Source of the DNA: Myxococcota bacterium
Lineage (GTDB): Bacteria; Myxococcota_A; UBA9160; UBA4427
Direction of reading: 5' to 3'
Assembly: GCA_029243605.1 (NCBI GenBank)
Contig: JAQWRT010000015.1
Span: 9,423-73,422 of the forward strand
Length of the DNA stretch: 64,000 bases
Every line of letters starts with the position of its first letter. Position 1 is the first letter of the stretch. Positions 1 to 9,277 of this stretch are shown one piece after another. The translations under genes and the position numbers were made by a program. The notes under the pieces are model-generated. The model saw only the letters and a list, made by a program, of their open reading frames with translations, was not told where the DNA came from and did no database searches.

Positions 1-1
1 A

Positions 2-598
2 CCGTGGCATCAGGACATCCCCTTCTGGCCCGTCTCGGGCAGCCAAATCATTTCCTTTTGGATCACTCTCGACCCGGTCGTTCGCGAGTCGAGTGGTCTT
101 GAGTTCGTGCGAGGTTCGCATCGCTGGCAGGAGAGATATAAAGCGGTGACACCGGATTACGACCCCTATATGATGGATAGTGATCTTCCGGAGGCGCCCA
201 ATTTCGGTAAGCAGCGCGATGAGCAGGAACTTTTGGGCTGGGACATGGAGCCCGGGGACGTTCTGCTCTTTGGGCCCGTGGTCTGCCACGGTTCCGAAGG
301 CAATCTTTCACCGAGCCAGGACCGCCGTGCTCTGGCATTCCGCTACAGCGGCGAGGACGTCGTCTTCGCGCCCAGGCACGCCACCATGCCCCTGCTCTGG
401 GATCATGGGCTCGAGCCGGGAGAGCGCCTTTCGGGCTCGCTCTTTCCCCAGGTCTGGCCCCGGGTGATCGACGCCGAGGTCGCCCGCCGCTGCGAAGGGG
501 AAGAGCCTCCGAGCCCCGCGGCGGTGGGAGCCTTTTTCAAGGCTCTCGAGGAAAAGGGCTTTGGCCCCGGCGGCAAGAAGCCTTCGCTCTTCAGCTAG
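2..598 (+). CDS. Phytanoyl-CoA dioxygenase (PhyH)-like Fe(II)/2-oxoglutarate oxygenase, 5' end cut by window edge
   Basis: The frame is open from nt 2 (PWHQDIPFWPVSG...). It carries an HxD motif (WHQD) and a later His (VVCHGSEGN), as in the 2-His-1-carboxylate triad. The listed ORF 107..598 is only the part after an internal GTG. Confidence 0.6.
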   Translation, partial: PWHQDIPFWPVSGSQIISFWITLDPVVRESSGLEFVRGSHRWQERYKAVTPDYDPYMMDSDLPEAPNFGKQRDEQELLGWDMEPGDVLLFGPVVCHGSEGNLSPSQDRRALAFRYSGEDVVFAPRHATMPLLWDHGLEPGERLSGSLFPQVWPRVIDAEVARRCEGEEPPSPAAVGAFFKALEEKGFGPGGKKPSLFS

Positions 599-897
599 GG
601 CATTGCGCCGAGATGAAGGGCACAGGGAAGGTTCTTGGGAGTCTCTCGATGCCCCAGTCCTGGGTCTCTCGGGAATCGCTCAACAGGGGCCTGTCCTTGA
701 AAATGCCTTTAAAGTCAAATGGATAGAGGTCAACCGCGCTGAGCCAGGCTGGGAATCCAAAATCGGATCGCGCTTGCGCAGGCCCCCGAGCGGTCGGGCT
801 CCAGGGGCCCCGAACCAAGCCTTCCGATTGGGTTCGGCTCGCTTATCCTTAGCTTTCGGTTTCCCCTTTATCCGCACCCTCACCCGGAGAACCACGA

Positions 898-2133
898 ATG
901 CAGACCGTCGATCTATTCGATTCCACCACCTTTGAACGCGCGATTCCCCACGAGTATTTTGCCTGGCTGCGCGAGCACGAGCCGGCGCATTGGCAACCCC
1001 CGACGCCCCTGCGGGCCGACGTGGCGAAGGTGCTCGAGACGGAGCAACGCGGCTATTGGGCGGTGAGTCGTTACCGGGACATCGTCGACATCTCCCTCAA
1101 TCAGGAGCTCTTCTCCTCGGAGCGGGCCACGGTGATGAATAACGATCTCAGCGAGGAGCGGATGGCGCAGCTCCGGCTTTGGATGATCAATCAGGATGCC
1201 CCGCGGCACACCAAGCTGCGCAAGTTGGTCAACAAGGGCTTCACCAAGCGCATTATCGAGCGAATGGATATTCATGTTCGAGAGCTCGCTACAGGGATTG
1301 TCGACCGGGTGGCGTCCAAGGGGGAATGCGATTTCGTGACCGAGGTGGCAAGCGAACTGCCGCTCCTCGTCATCGCCGAGCTTGTGGGTTGCCCGAGCGA
1401 GGATCGTGGCAAGCTCTTTGCTTGGTCGAATCAGATGGTCGGCTTCGAGGATCCCGAATTCTCGAACGAGACCGGTGCCACCGAAGCGATGGGGGAGATG
1501 TTCGAATACGCCGGGCACCTGGCGAAGTTGCGCCGGGATGACCCCCGCGACGACCTGACCAGCGTGCTTCTGAATGCCGAGGTCGATGGCGAGAAACTCG
1601 ACGATTTGACTTTCAACATGTTTTTCATGTTGTTGATTCTTGCGGGCAATGAGACCACCCGGAACGCGATTTCGGGGGGCATGCTCGCGCTTTCCGAGCA
1701 CCCGGATGAACGATCGAAATTGGCCGCCGACCTGTCGCTTCTGCCCAGCGCCACCGAGGAAATCCTGCGCTACGTGAGCCCGGTGATCAGCATGCGGCGA
1801 ACGGCGACCCGGGATACCGAGATCGGCGGGCAGAAAATCGCCGAGAACGACAAAGTGGTGATGTTCTACCCCTCGGCCAACCGAGACCCTGAGATTTTCG
1901 ACCGACCCGATGTGTTTGATATCCAGCGAGACCCCAACGTGCACTTGGCTTTCGGCTGGGGCCCGCATTTCTGCCTCGGCGCGAACCTTGCTCGAGCGGA
2001 GATCCGTACGATTTTTGCCGAATTGCTCACCCGGTTGCCCGATATCGAGGTTTGCGGTCCGGTGAGGCGCCTGCGATCGAGCACCGTGAACAGCATCAAG
2101 TCCATGCCCGTTCGCTTTACCCCAATTTCCTGA
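898..2133 (+). CDS. Cytochrome P450 monooxygenase
   Basis: 411 aa with the heme-thiolate signature FGWGPHFCLGANLA, an I-helix LILAGNETTRN and an ExxR motif (EEILRY). Confidence 0.93.
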   Translation: MQTVDLFDSTTFERAIPHEYFAWLREHEPAHWQPPTPLRADVAKVLETEQRGYWAVSRYRDIVDISLNQELFSSERATVMNNDLSEERMAQLRLWMINQDAPRHTKLRKLVNKGFTKRIIERMDIHVRELATGIVDRVASKGECDFVTEVASELPLLVIAELVGCPSEDRGKLFAWSNQMVGFEDPEFSNETGATEAMGEMFEYAGHLAKLRRDDPRDDLTSVLLNAEVDGEKLDDLTFNMFFMLLILAGNETTRNAISGGMLALSEHPDERSKLAADLSLLPSATEEILRYVSPVISMRRTATRDTEIGGQKIAENDKVVMFYPSANRDPEIFDRPDVFDIQRDPNVHLAFGWGPHFCLGANLARAEIRTIFAELLTRLPDIEVCGPVRRLRSSTVNSIKSMPVRFTPIS

Positions 2134-2186
2134 AGGCGGGTGGGGCCGGCGGCGACACGGTGGCCGGAAGAACTTCCGAGACGCGA

Positions 2187-2209
2187 AGCCCAGGGCGGGC
2201 TATTTTTTT
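2187..2209 (+). terminator. Weak stem-loop followed by a T7 run downstream of the P450 gene
   Basis: AGCCC / GGGCT stem of 5 bp followed by ATTTTTTT. The stem is short and the element ends 4 nt before the next ATG. Confidence 0.3.
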
Positions 2210-2212
2210 CCA

Positions 2213-3067
2213 ATGACTGAAATCATTCGACCGATTCACGTTCACGTCGTCGCCGGCGGTTTTCCCCGGGGCTCTTGGGCGGGGCACGATATCGACTACG
2301 TGCGTCGACGCCTGCTCGATCTTCTGGGGCAGGAGCAGCGGGCGATGGTGAGCGTCGCCAATGATTTTCAAGATATCGAAAGTTGGTTGCCCCGGAGTGA
2401 ATTGCTCGTGACCTACGTGGCCGGGCCTTTCCCCGATGAAGCTCAATGCCAGGCCCTCTCCCAGTGGATCGAGGCCGGAGGCCGCTGGTTGGCTCTCCAT
2501 GGGACGAGTGGAGGCCGGGCTGTTCCCAACCCCGATGGCTCTCCTGGGCGCACCATGTCCAAGGCGCCCCACCACAAACTCCTGGGCGCTTTTTTCCTCA
2601 ACCACCCACCCATCCGGCAATTCCAGGTCGATGTCCGTGATACCGAGCACGTCCTGACCCAAGGGCTACCCGCCAGCTTCGACGTGATGGACGAGCTCTA
2701 CCTTCTCGAAATTCAAGCGCCGGACGAGAGCCGAGTACTGCTTTCCACCGCGGATCTTCCCGTGGACGACCCGGCCCCTCGAACTTTCGGTTTCACGTAT
2801 GGCGAGGACACTTCGGTCGAGTCAGACGGTCGGACGCGGGTGCTCGGTTATGAACGGAGCCTGGGGGAGGGCGCCGTGGTCTATCTGGGCCTGGGCCACT
2901 GCCATACGCCCCTCACCAATATCCAACCCTTTGTTCATGCCAGCGTCGATCCCGACGGCGTGACCCCTTTGAGCTTCCGGGGTCCCTGGGAGACGCCCGC
3001 TTTCGAACGTCTGATCGCCAACGCAGTGACCTGGGGGCTCGAGGCCCGGCGTGCAGAGGCGGCTTGA
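2213..3067 (+). CDS. ThuA domain-containing protein
   Basis: 284 aa. The pattern VHVVAGGFP...GGRWLALHGTSGG...LLGAFFLNHPP...FDVMDELY matches the conserved layout of ThuA (trehalose-utilisation-like) domains. Confidence 0.6.
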   Translation: MTEIIRPIHVHVVAGGFPRGSWAGHDIDYVRRRLLDLLGQEQRAMVSVANDFQDIESWLPRSELLVTYVAGPFPDEAQCQALSQWIEAGGRWLALHGTSGGRAVPNPDGSPGRTMSKAPHHKLLGAFFLNHPPIRQFQVDVRDTEHVLTQGLPASFDVMDELYLLEIQAPDESRVLLSTADLPVDDPAPRTFGFTYGEDTSVESDGRTRVLGYERSLGEGAVVYLGLGHCHTPLTNIQPFVHASVDPDGVTPLSFRGPWETPAFERLIANAVTWGLEARRAEAA

Positions 3068-3106
3068 GATCCTTGAGAATGCCGGGGCGCCGACGCCTGG
3101 GGGTAT

Positions 3107-3562
3107 ATGGCGTTGAGTGAGATTCCCAGCGATGCCGAACTTGTCGAGCGCTTTCCCTACGCGAATATCGATCACGACAGCAAAGCTCTCTATACGGGCT
3201 GGCTCGAAAAAAGATTGCGGATGAATCGCTGCGATGATTGCCAACGCTTTCATCACCCCCCGAAACCCGTTTGCCCGAGTTGTTGGTGTTCATCTCTGGT
3301 GCCCAGCGAGGTGAGTGGCCGGGGCACGATTCATCTCGCCATGTTCCTGCACCAGGGGCCACCCGCACCGGGGGTCGACTATGAGAAGGCGCCGCACCCC
3401 GTCGTCACCGTCGAGTTGGAAGAGCAGGAGGGGCTGCGCTTCACGAGCACCGTGGTGGGCTGCGCTCCAGAAGAGATTCGTATCGGGGCTCTCGTCGAGC
3501 TCGATTGGGTCGACCGCTTTGGCGCGCCCTTTCCCGTTTTTCGTCTGGTTGGAAGTCGCTGA
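3107..3562 (+). CDS. DUF35 Zn-ribbon/OB-fold protein (thiolase partner)
   Basis: 151 aa with a four-Cys ribbon CDDC...CPSC followed by an OB-like segment. Its stop overlaps the next ATG (TGATG). Confidence 0.75.
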   Translation: MALSEIPSDAELVERFPYANIDHDSKALYTGWLEKRLRMNRCDDCQRFHHPPKPVCPSCWCSSLVPSEVSGRGTIHLAMFLHQGPPAPGVDYEKAPHPVVTVELEEQEGLRFTSTVVGCAPEEIRIGALVELDWVDRFGAPFPVFRLVGSR

Positions 3563-4731
3563 TGGCGCGCAACCCTATCGCCGATGAGGTCGCCATCGTA
3601 GGGGTTGGCTCCACGGGCTTCAGCCGGGATTCCGGGGGGCGTTCGGCCAAGGCCCTGGCCTGCGAAGCTTCGATCCGGGCGATTCGTGATGCCGGCCTGG
3701 GCCCCGGAGATATCGATGGGCTGGTGGGCGCCGCCGAGCCTGGCGGGCCCCAACCCCAGGAAATGAGCGCCGCTCTGGGCCTGCCTCAGGTCAGCCACTT
3801 CTCGAGCCCCACCCCAGTAGCGGTGTTTGCCCTGGTCGACGCCATGAATGCGATCTACGCGGGTTCCTGCGATACGGTGCTGCTCTATTTCGCTTATACC
3901 CGTCTTCCCTGGAACTCGCGTTCAGCGGCCCAGGATCCGTTCCGCCGGCGCCATACCCTGGGCGTGATGCCTGCCCCGGAATCCGTCAACGCCGCTGCGG
4001 CCTACGCGGCCTGGGCGAGTCGCTATATCCATGAGTACGACGTACCCCGGGAGGCCTTTGGCCGAGTGGCTCTCAATGCTCGGGCGGGGGCTAAGCACAA
4101 TCCGCTGGCCGCGATGAAAGCGCCCCTGAATATGGAGGGCTATTTGGGGGCGCGCATGATCCGCGAGCCGCTCTGTCTGCTGGATATGGACGTTCCCGTG
4201 GACGGCGCTGACGCCTTCGTGTTGACTCGCACCGAGCGAGCCCGGGCAATCACTAAAAGCCCCATCGTGATTCATGCCGCGACAGTGGGGCTCGTGGGCA
4301 CGAACGACGAGGACCAGTTGCCGAGCCTCGCACGTCACGGTCAGCACGTGGTGGTCGAGTCGCTTCGGTCCAAGAGCGATCTCTGGCTCGAGGATGTGGA
4401 TATCTTCTTCCCCTACGACGGCTTCAGCATCATTACCCTGGGCTGGTTCGAGAATTTCGGTTGGTGCGGTCCAGGGGGGGCGGGGCGCTTTCTCGAGGAG
4501 CACTGGGACGAAGCGAGCGGTCGGGTGATGATCGATGGGAGAATTCCGGTGAACCCCCACGGCGGTTCGCTCTCCGAGGGCGCTACCCGGGGTTCGGGCC
4601 ATATCCGCGAGGCGGTGATGCAATTGCGCGGGGACGCCGATGCGCGCCAGGTGCCCGGGGCCCGCAACGCCCTGGTCGGCTGCGGAGGCTTCTTTTTTAA
4701 CTCCCAGGGAGCGATTTTGCGCCGACTTTGA
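3562..4731 (+). CDS. Thiolase-fold protein, SCP-x / lipid-transfer-protein type
   Basis: The N-terminus MARNPIADEVAIVGVGSTGFSR and the C-terminal NPHGGSLSEGATRG and GCGGFF motifs fit the thiolase fold. The listed ORF start at 3505 lies inside the DUF35 gene, so the ATG at 3562 is preferred. Confidence 0.8.
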   Translation: MARNPIADEVAIVGVGSTGFSRDSGGRSAKALACEASIRAIRDAGLGPGDIDGLVGAAEPGGPQPQEMSAALGLPQVSHFSSPTPVAVFALVDAMNAIYAGSCDTVLLYFAYTRLPWNSRSAAQDPFRRRHTLGVMPAPESVNAAAAYAAWASRYIHEYDVPREAFGRVALNARAGAKHNPLAAMKAPLNMEGYLGARMIREPLCLLDMDVPVDGADAFVLTRTERARAITKSPIVIHAATVGLVGTNDEDQLPSLARHGQHVVVESLRSKSDLWLEDVDIFFPYDGFSIITLGWFENFGWCGPGGAGRFLEEHWDEASGRVMIDGRIPVNPHGGSLSEGATRGSGHIREAVMQLRGDADARQVPGARNALVGCGGFFFNSQGAILRRL

Positions 4732-4803
4732 AGGCCAGTCGCGGGTCTCCAGACTTCCTCTAAAGGGGGTCGATCATGGACCCGAAACGCGCAAAACTAG
4801 GGC

Positions 4804-5526
4804 ATGGTCTACGATTGGAAAGCCGGAATTGCTTTCTTCATTACGCTGGTTGCCCTGACGGTGATCGGGCGCCGGGTGGTCTTTCTTGTCCCCGCCTTTC
4901 AGCGCATGCGCGAGCTCAATCATGAGGTGGACAAAGTCAAGCTCAAGAGGGCCCGCTTCAAGAAGGCCGTGAAGGCCAGTAGCCAGATTGGGCTCTATAC
5001 CAACCTGGCCTTCTATCTCCTGGTTCTTCCCTTCGCGGTCAACCTCGAACCGCGCCCTCTCTGGCGCTACCCGCTGGATATCCTCGCGGTCTTACTCTTC
5101 TTCGATTTTTTCTACTACCTAGTGCATCGCTTCCTTTTTCACGGAAAGATCCTGCGCAAAGTCCACTCGCTCCACCATCAGGCGCTGAAGCCGACGTATA
5201 TGGATGCTCTCTATGTCCACCCGCTGGAGACCTTCATCGGACTCTTTCTTTTTCTATTCTCGATTCCTGCGGTGGGGATCCTCATGGGAGGCCCGCTCAA
5301 TGCTTTTTCCATGGCAATCGCGACGCTCATTTTTACCCAGCTCAACACGATCAATCACACTTTCGTGAATCTGCCCTACGGGCCCTACAAGGTGGTGGAC
5401 TACATCACCTCGATCCACGCAGCGCACCATGTGGACATGAATTCGGGGAATTACGCGACCCTGACCATGTTCTACGACTGGATCTTTGGAACCCTTGAGA
5501 AGCCCGTGGGCCGACCCGAAGCCTAG
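4804..5526 (+). CDS. Fatty acid hydroxylase / sterol desaturase family membrane di-iron enzyme
   Basis: 240 aa with several TM helices and three His boxes: HRFLFH, HSLHH, HAAHH. Confidence 0.8.
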   Translation: MVYDWKAGIAFFITLVALTVIGRRVVFLVPAFQRMRELNHEVDKVKLKRARFKKAVKASSQIGLYTNLAFYLLVLPFAVNLEPRPLWRYPLDILAVLLFFDFFYYLVHRFLFHGKILRKVHSLHHQALKPTYMDALYVHPLETFIGLFLFLFSIPAVGILMGGPLNAFSMAIATLIFTQLNTINHTFVNLPYGPYKVVDYITSIHAAHHVDMNSGNYATLTMFYDWIFGTLEKPVGRPEA

Positions 5527-5541
5527 GCGACGGCGCGCTTT

Positions 5542-8400
5542 TCAGTTGGACGCGGGGGCTTGAGCCCGGGGTGTTGCACAGACCTCGTTCAAGAGTTCGG
5601 CAAGGGAATCGGGCGAGCGAAGAGTGCGCTGGAACTTCGCGGAGAGCCTGCGCCCCTCCTCGAGGTCGCCGCCCCGGCATAGCGCGTAGGCGCGTAGGGG
5701 TAGGTACACGTTTGCCCGACCCTGCTGGGAAGCACGCTCGAAATGTTCCTCCGCCGTGACCCAATCCTGGTTGCTCAATGCCCAGATCGCCAGGGCGTAG
5801 TGGACCTTGGGATTATTGGGGAGCTTCTCTTGAACGGTCTGTGCGGCGCGCACGTAGTCGTAGTCGCCTTCTAGGAGCCAGAGGGGCAGGGTCCTCAGGT
5901 CGAGTTCTTCCATCATGGCGTGGACGGGAGGAAGGCGGCGGGGATTCTTTCGGTTCGATTTGGGATCCCTGACTCCGAAGTGTCGGTTGATGTCGCGCTG
6001 GGCCTCGAAAAAGTCGAGGCTCTGCTCGCGTAGATCTCCGGGTAGGATCGCGTCGAGGCCCCGGCTTTCGATCAGGCGTTGGCGGTTCTGGTCAACATCC
6101 ATCCAGGGGCGGTAATCGCTCACCCGGACATCCGTGGAGAGTCTTCGAGGGAAATCGTCGGTGAGGGGCAGGGTCTCCCGGGTGATCTCATCGATTTGGT
6201 CCGCATCCGCCATGAAGAGAGCGCCGAGTTGTTCGGGGTGCTCGATACCCAGGGCAACCATTTCGGGCCCAATCTGGGAATCGTTCCATTGGGCGACGAT
6301 ACGCGCCCGGGATGGAGGGCCGCCCCGATCGCGGCTACCCATCATGATCCAGTCGAGGCCGGCGCCGGTCCAAAGCGTGCAGTCCTCGAAAACGTCGCAG
6401 AAGGCGCGAAGGATCGCCTTGGCATCATCTTCGAGCAGAGAGTGGACGGGGAGCCAGTAGGTGGTGATGCCTCCTTCGGCCAGACGATCGTGGATGAGTT
6501 GGAAATACTCTCGGGTGTAGAGATTGACGATCCCCGCAAGTTTGGGCGGGGGCGGCTCGCCGGTGATCAAGTCAAAGCGCTCGGGGGTTGTCTGGAGAAA
6601 GAATCGGCCATCCTCGACGTGAACCCTCACCCGCGGGTCATCGAGAGGGGAATCTGTGACGATATCGGTGAGGGATTCGCTGCCCTGGGAGACGAAATCC
6701 CGGCTCATCTCGAGAATGTCCCGGGAGATGTCGACCATGTCGATGCTCTCGAGTTCGCTGCTGTCGACCAGGGCGCGCGCTGTAGCTCCCACGCCGTAGC
6801 TGATGAGCAGGGCCTTGCGGGGAGATTCGTGGAAAGCGATGGGCAGGTAGACGAAGAGTTTCATATAGCGCTGGGCGGCGAGACTGCTGGCCGACATGGA
6901 GTGGTTGTTGGTGATCAGCCGATAGAAATGGGGTTCCCCCAAGATCTCGTGGCGCGCGTAGACGATGGTTTCGGTCAGGCCCTCCCGGACGGCGACGATT
7001 CGGGCCCGAGGCGCGTGAGCCTTCACAGCCTGGACGAGGAACCCTTCGCGTAGAATGCCATGGGGGAAGAGCAGGGCTGTGAGGGTGAATAAGACCAGCC
7101 CAACCCGAAATGCCCCTCGATTGCGGGGCGTGCCCGGGCGGATGCCCGCCAGGCTGACCATGCCCGCAGCCCCGGCGTAGCCCAGGCCCAGCACGAAGAG
7201 CGATTTCTCGACGCCCAGGGTGGGAAGCAAGAGGAAACCGCCGAGGAGGGAGCCGAGGGCAGCGCCCAGAGTATTGGCCAGGGTGAGAAGCCCCGCCGAC
7301 CGGGTTTCGCCACCGAGTTCCGAGTGCAGGACGTCGCCGAGGAGGGTGAATAGAATTCCAGAGAGTCCCGCCACGGGAAACATCAGGGGCATCGCCAGCC
7401 CCAGGATCCGTGGCAGGCTTGAGGTGGCGTTCTGGGTGAAGAGCGGCGAGTAGACTTCGAAGCCGGCATAGAGCCAAAGGCAGAGCATGCCGGCGAGAAG
7501 GCAGAGAAGCGGGATGGCTGCAGAAGCCTGGCGTCCGGAGCCCAGCCAACGGGCGGCGACCAGGCCGCCCGACCCGATGCCCGCCAGCACCACGGCGAGC
7601 ATGACGGCGAAGGTGTAGGCAGTTCCTGCGACGAAGAGAATCAGGAATCGAAACCAGACGACTTCAAGGGCGAGAAGCAATGCCCCCAATAGGAAAGCCG
7701 AGGCAAGAATCCAGCCGCTGCCCTGGGCGCGCTTTTCTCCTGCCGGGGGAGAGGCCTCCGGGGTGGAGCGCGAAGTTTCCGGGCCCAGGAGCCGGTCGAC
7801 GGCCAGGGAGAGCAGGGCCGCGATGGTATTGCCCGCCGCTGCAACGAGCGCTGTACCCCGAATTCCGAAGTACTCGATCAGCAGGATCTCGGCGGTGAGT
7901 ACCCCGCAGACGGCACCGAGGGTATTCCATCCGTAAAGACCGCCAAGGGCTTGACCAAAACGTTTCTGCTCCTGGTAGAGGGCGGAAACGAGTAGCGGCA
8001 GGGTCGCGCCCATTGCCGTGGCCGGGATCAGCATGAGGGCGAAGCCCACGGAAGTGCGAAGTAGGTTGAGGGGCAGGGGCTGGTCCAGAAGCGGGCCGAG
8101 CCAGGGGGCCAGGGTTGGGGTGATGGCGGGGAGGGAGAAGACGATCCCTGTGCCCGTGATGGCGATGACGAGTTCGAGCCCCGCGTAGAGTCGGATCGGC
8201 CGCCTGAGCCGGTCTCCCCGGAAACTCACCCAGCCATTGCCCAGGGCCAATCCTGCCATGAAGCTGGCGAGAACCAGACTGCTCGCCCAGATTGAATTTC
8301 CTAGGGCAAGGCCAGCCTGGAAAAACCACAGGGTTTCGAATACGAGCGCCGATGCGCCCGATAAAAAGAAGATTAGGTAGAGTAGGGGAGCCAGATGCAT
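5542..8400 (-). CDS. Fused polytopic membrane domain / spermidine synthase-like domain protein with a TPR-like C-terminus
   Basis: 952 aa. The N-terminal ~450 aa form many TM helices (YLIFFLSGASALVFETLWF start). The central part has a SAM-fold-like ISYGVGATARAL...DLITGEPPPP...LYTREYF. The C-terminal part is helical-repeat-like. Confidence 0.7.
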   Translation of the reverse strand: MHLAPLLYLIFFLSGASALVFETLWFFQAGLALGNSIWASSLVLASFMAGLALGNGWVSFRGDRLRRPIRLYAGLELVIAITGTGIVFSLPAITPTLAPWLGPLLDQPLPLNLLRTSVGFALMLIPATAMGATLPLLVSALYQEQKRFGQALGGLYGWNTLGAVCGVLTAEILLIEYFGIRGTALVAAAGNTIAALLSLAVDRLLGPETSRSTPEASPPAGEKRAQGSGWILASAFLLGALLLALEVVWFRFLILFVAGTAYTFAVMLAVVLAGIGSGGLVAARWLGSGRQASAAIPLLCLLAGMLCLWLYAGFEVYSPLFTQNATSSLPRILGLAMPLMFPVAGLSGILFTLLGDVLHSELGGETRSAGLLTLANTLGAALGSLLGGFLLLPTLGVEKSLFVLGLGYAGAAGMVSLAGIRPGTPRNRGAFRVGLVLFTLTALLFPHGILREGFLVQAVKAHAPRARIVAVREGLTETIVYARHEILGEPHFYRLITNNHSMSASSLAAQRYMKLFVYLPIAFHESPRKALLISYGVGATARALVDSSELESIDMVDISRDILEMSRDFVSQGSESLTDIVTDSPLDDPRVRVHVEDGRFFLQTTPERFDLITGEPPPPKLAGIVNLYTREYFQLIHDRLAEGGITTYWLPVHSLLEDDAKAILRAFCDVFEDCTLWTGAGLDWIMMGSRDRGGPPSRARIVAQWNDSQIGPEMVALGIEHPEQLGALFMADADQIDEITRETLPLTDDFPRRLSTDVRVSDYRPWMDVDQNRQRLIESRGLDAILPGDLREQSLDFFEAQRDINRHFGVRDPKSNRKNPRRLPPVHAMMEELDLRTLPLWLLEGDYDYVRAAQTVQEKLPNNPKVHYALAIWALSNQDWVTAEEHFERASQQGRANVYLPLRAYALCRGGDLEEGRRLSAKFQRTLRSPDSLAELLNEVCATPRAQAPASN

Positions 8401-8461
8401 GGGCGATATTGGCCAGGGTTACCGAGCGAGGAGCCTAGCACGGACATCGGGAGGGTAGGGA

Positions 8462-9205
8462 ATGCGACTTCTAACCGCGCCGACCCCCAACGGTTGGAAG
8501 GTCTCGATCATGGTCGAGGAATTGCGCGAGGCCGGGCACCCGTTGGCCGATCTTGAGGTCCATTACGTCAACATTATGAAGGGCGAGCAATTCGAGCCCG
8601 CTTTTACCCGGGTGGGTCCCAATCAGAAGATCCCCGCTCTCGCCGACGGTGACTTTTGTCTGATGGAGAGCTGCGCGATCCTCGAGTATCTGGCCGATAA
8701 ATTCCCGAGCCGTCTGCTCCCCCAGACTCTCGAAGCGCGCTTTGAAGTCTTGCAGTGGGTGTACTGGCAAGCGGCGAATGTGGGCCCGGTCTTTGGCAAC
8801 AAGCTGAGTTATACGCGGTATATGGACGACGTGGATCCCGCGGCCAAGGCGCATCCCCTCGAACGTTTTGCCACCGAGGCCCAGCGCTTGATGGGCGTCC
8901 TGAGTCGACGCCTCGCTGGACGGGATTATGTCTGCGGCGATGAACTCACTCTGGCAGATATCGCCCTCTATCCGTGGGTGCGCGGTTGGAAATGGAGCAA
9001 GATCCCTATCCCGGGAATTCCCCATCTAGAAGATTGGGTCGAGCGGGTACGCGCACGTCCTGGGGTAGGGCGTGGCCTCGCCTACGGGGTACCCAAGGCG
9101 GAGATCGATCAATGGAGCGAAGCCCGCAAGGCACAGGTGGCGGCCAGCGGATCCAAGATCGCTGCGACTGAGAATCTCGATGGAAGAGAGCCTGGGGTCG
9201 AATAG
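8462..9205 (+). CDS. Glutathione S-transferase family protein
   Basis: 247 aa with a thioredoxin-like N-domain (TPNGWKVSIMVEEL...KIPAL...ESCAILEYLADKF) and a helical C-domain. A GGGAGGG RBS lies upstream. Confidence 0.8.
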   Translation: MRLLTAPTPNGWKVSIMVEELREAGHPLADLEVHYVNIMKGEQFEPAFTRVGPNQKIPALADGDFCLMESCAILEYLADKFPSRLLPQTLEARFEVLQWVYWQAANVGPVFGNKLSYTRYMDDVDPAAKAHPLERFATEAQRLMGVLSRRLAGRDYVCGDELTLADIALYPWVRGWKWSKIPIPGIPHLEDWVERVRARPGVGRGLAYGVPKAEIDQWSEARKAQVAASGSKIAATENLDGREPGVE

Positions 9206-9277
9206 AACGCTCTGAGTACGCTGGCTGGCCTTGAGATCCATTCGGCTGCAACGTTAATTTCAGGAGGCAAGAACCCA

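Noticed and set aside
598-897. 300-bp gap upstream of the P450 gene, inspected for a KstR-like operator or a small gene
   Set aside because: It holds only an imperfect hairpin (CCGAACCAA...TTGGGTTCGG) and no TnnAACnnGTTnnA-type palindrome. The 124-aa ORF 561..935 overlaps both neighbours and is not protein-like.
913-1968. 351-aa minus-strand ORF inside the P450 gene, and similar long antisense or out-of-frame ORFs elsewhere (for example 6079..7053, 6638..7549, 13022..13654, 23136..24293, 46650..47771, 48667..49728, 55338..56435, 56472..57935, 58738..59931)
   Set aside because: Each overlaps a motif-supported gene in another frame or strand and has a low-complexity Arg/Pro/Gly-rich composition. 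They are GC-driven ORF artefacts.
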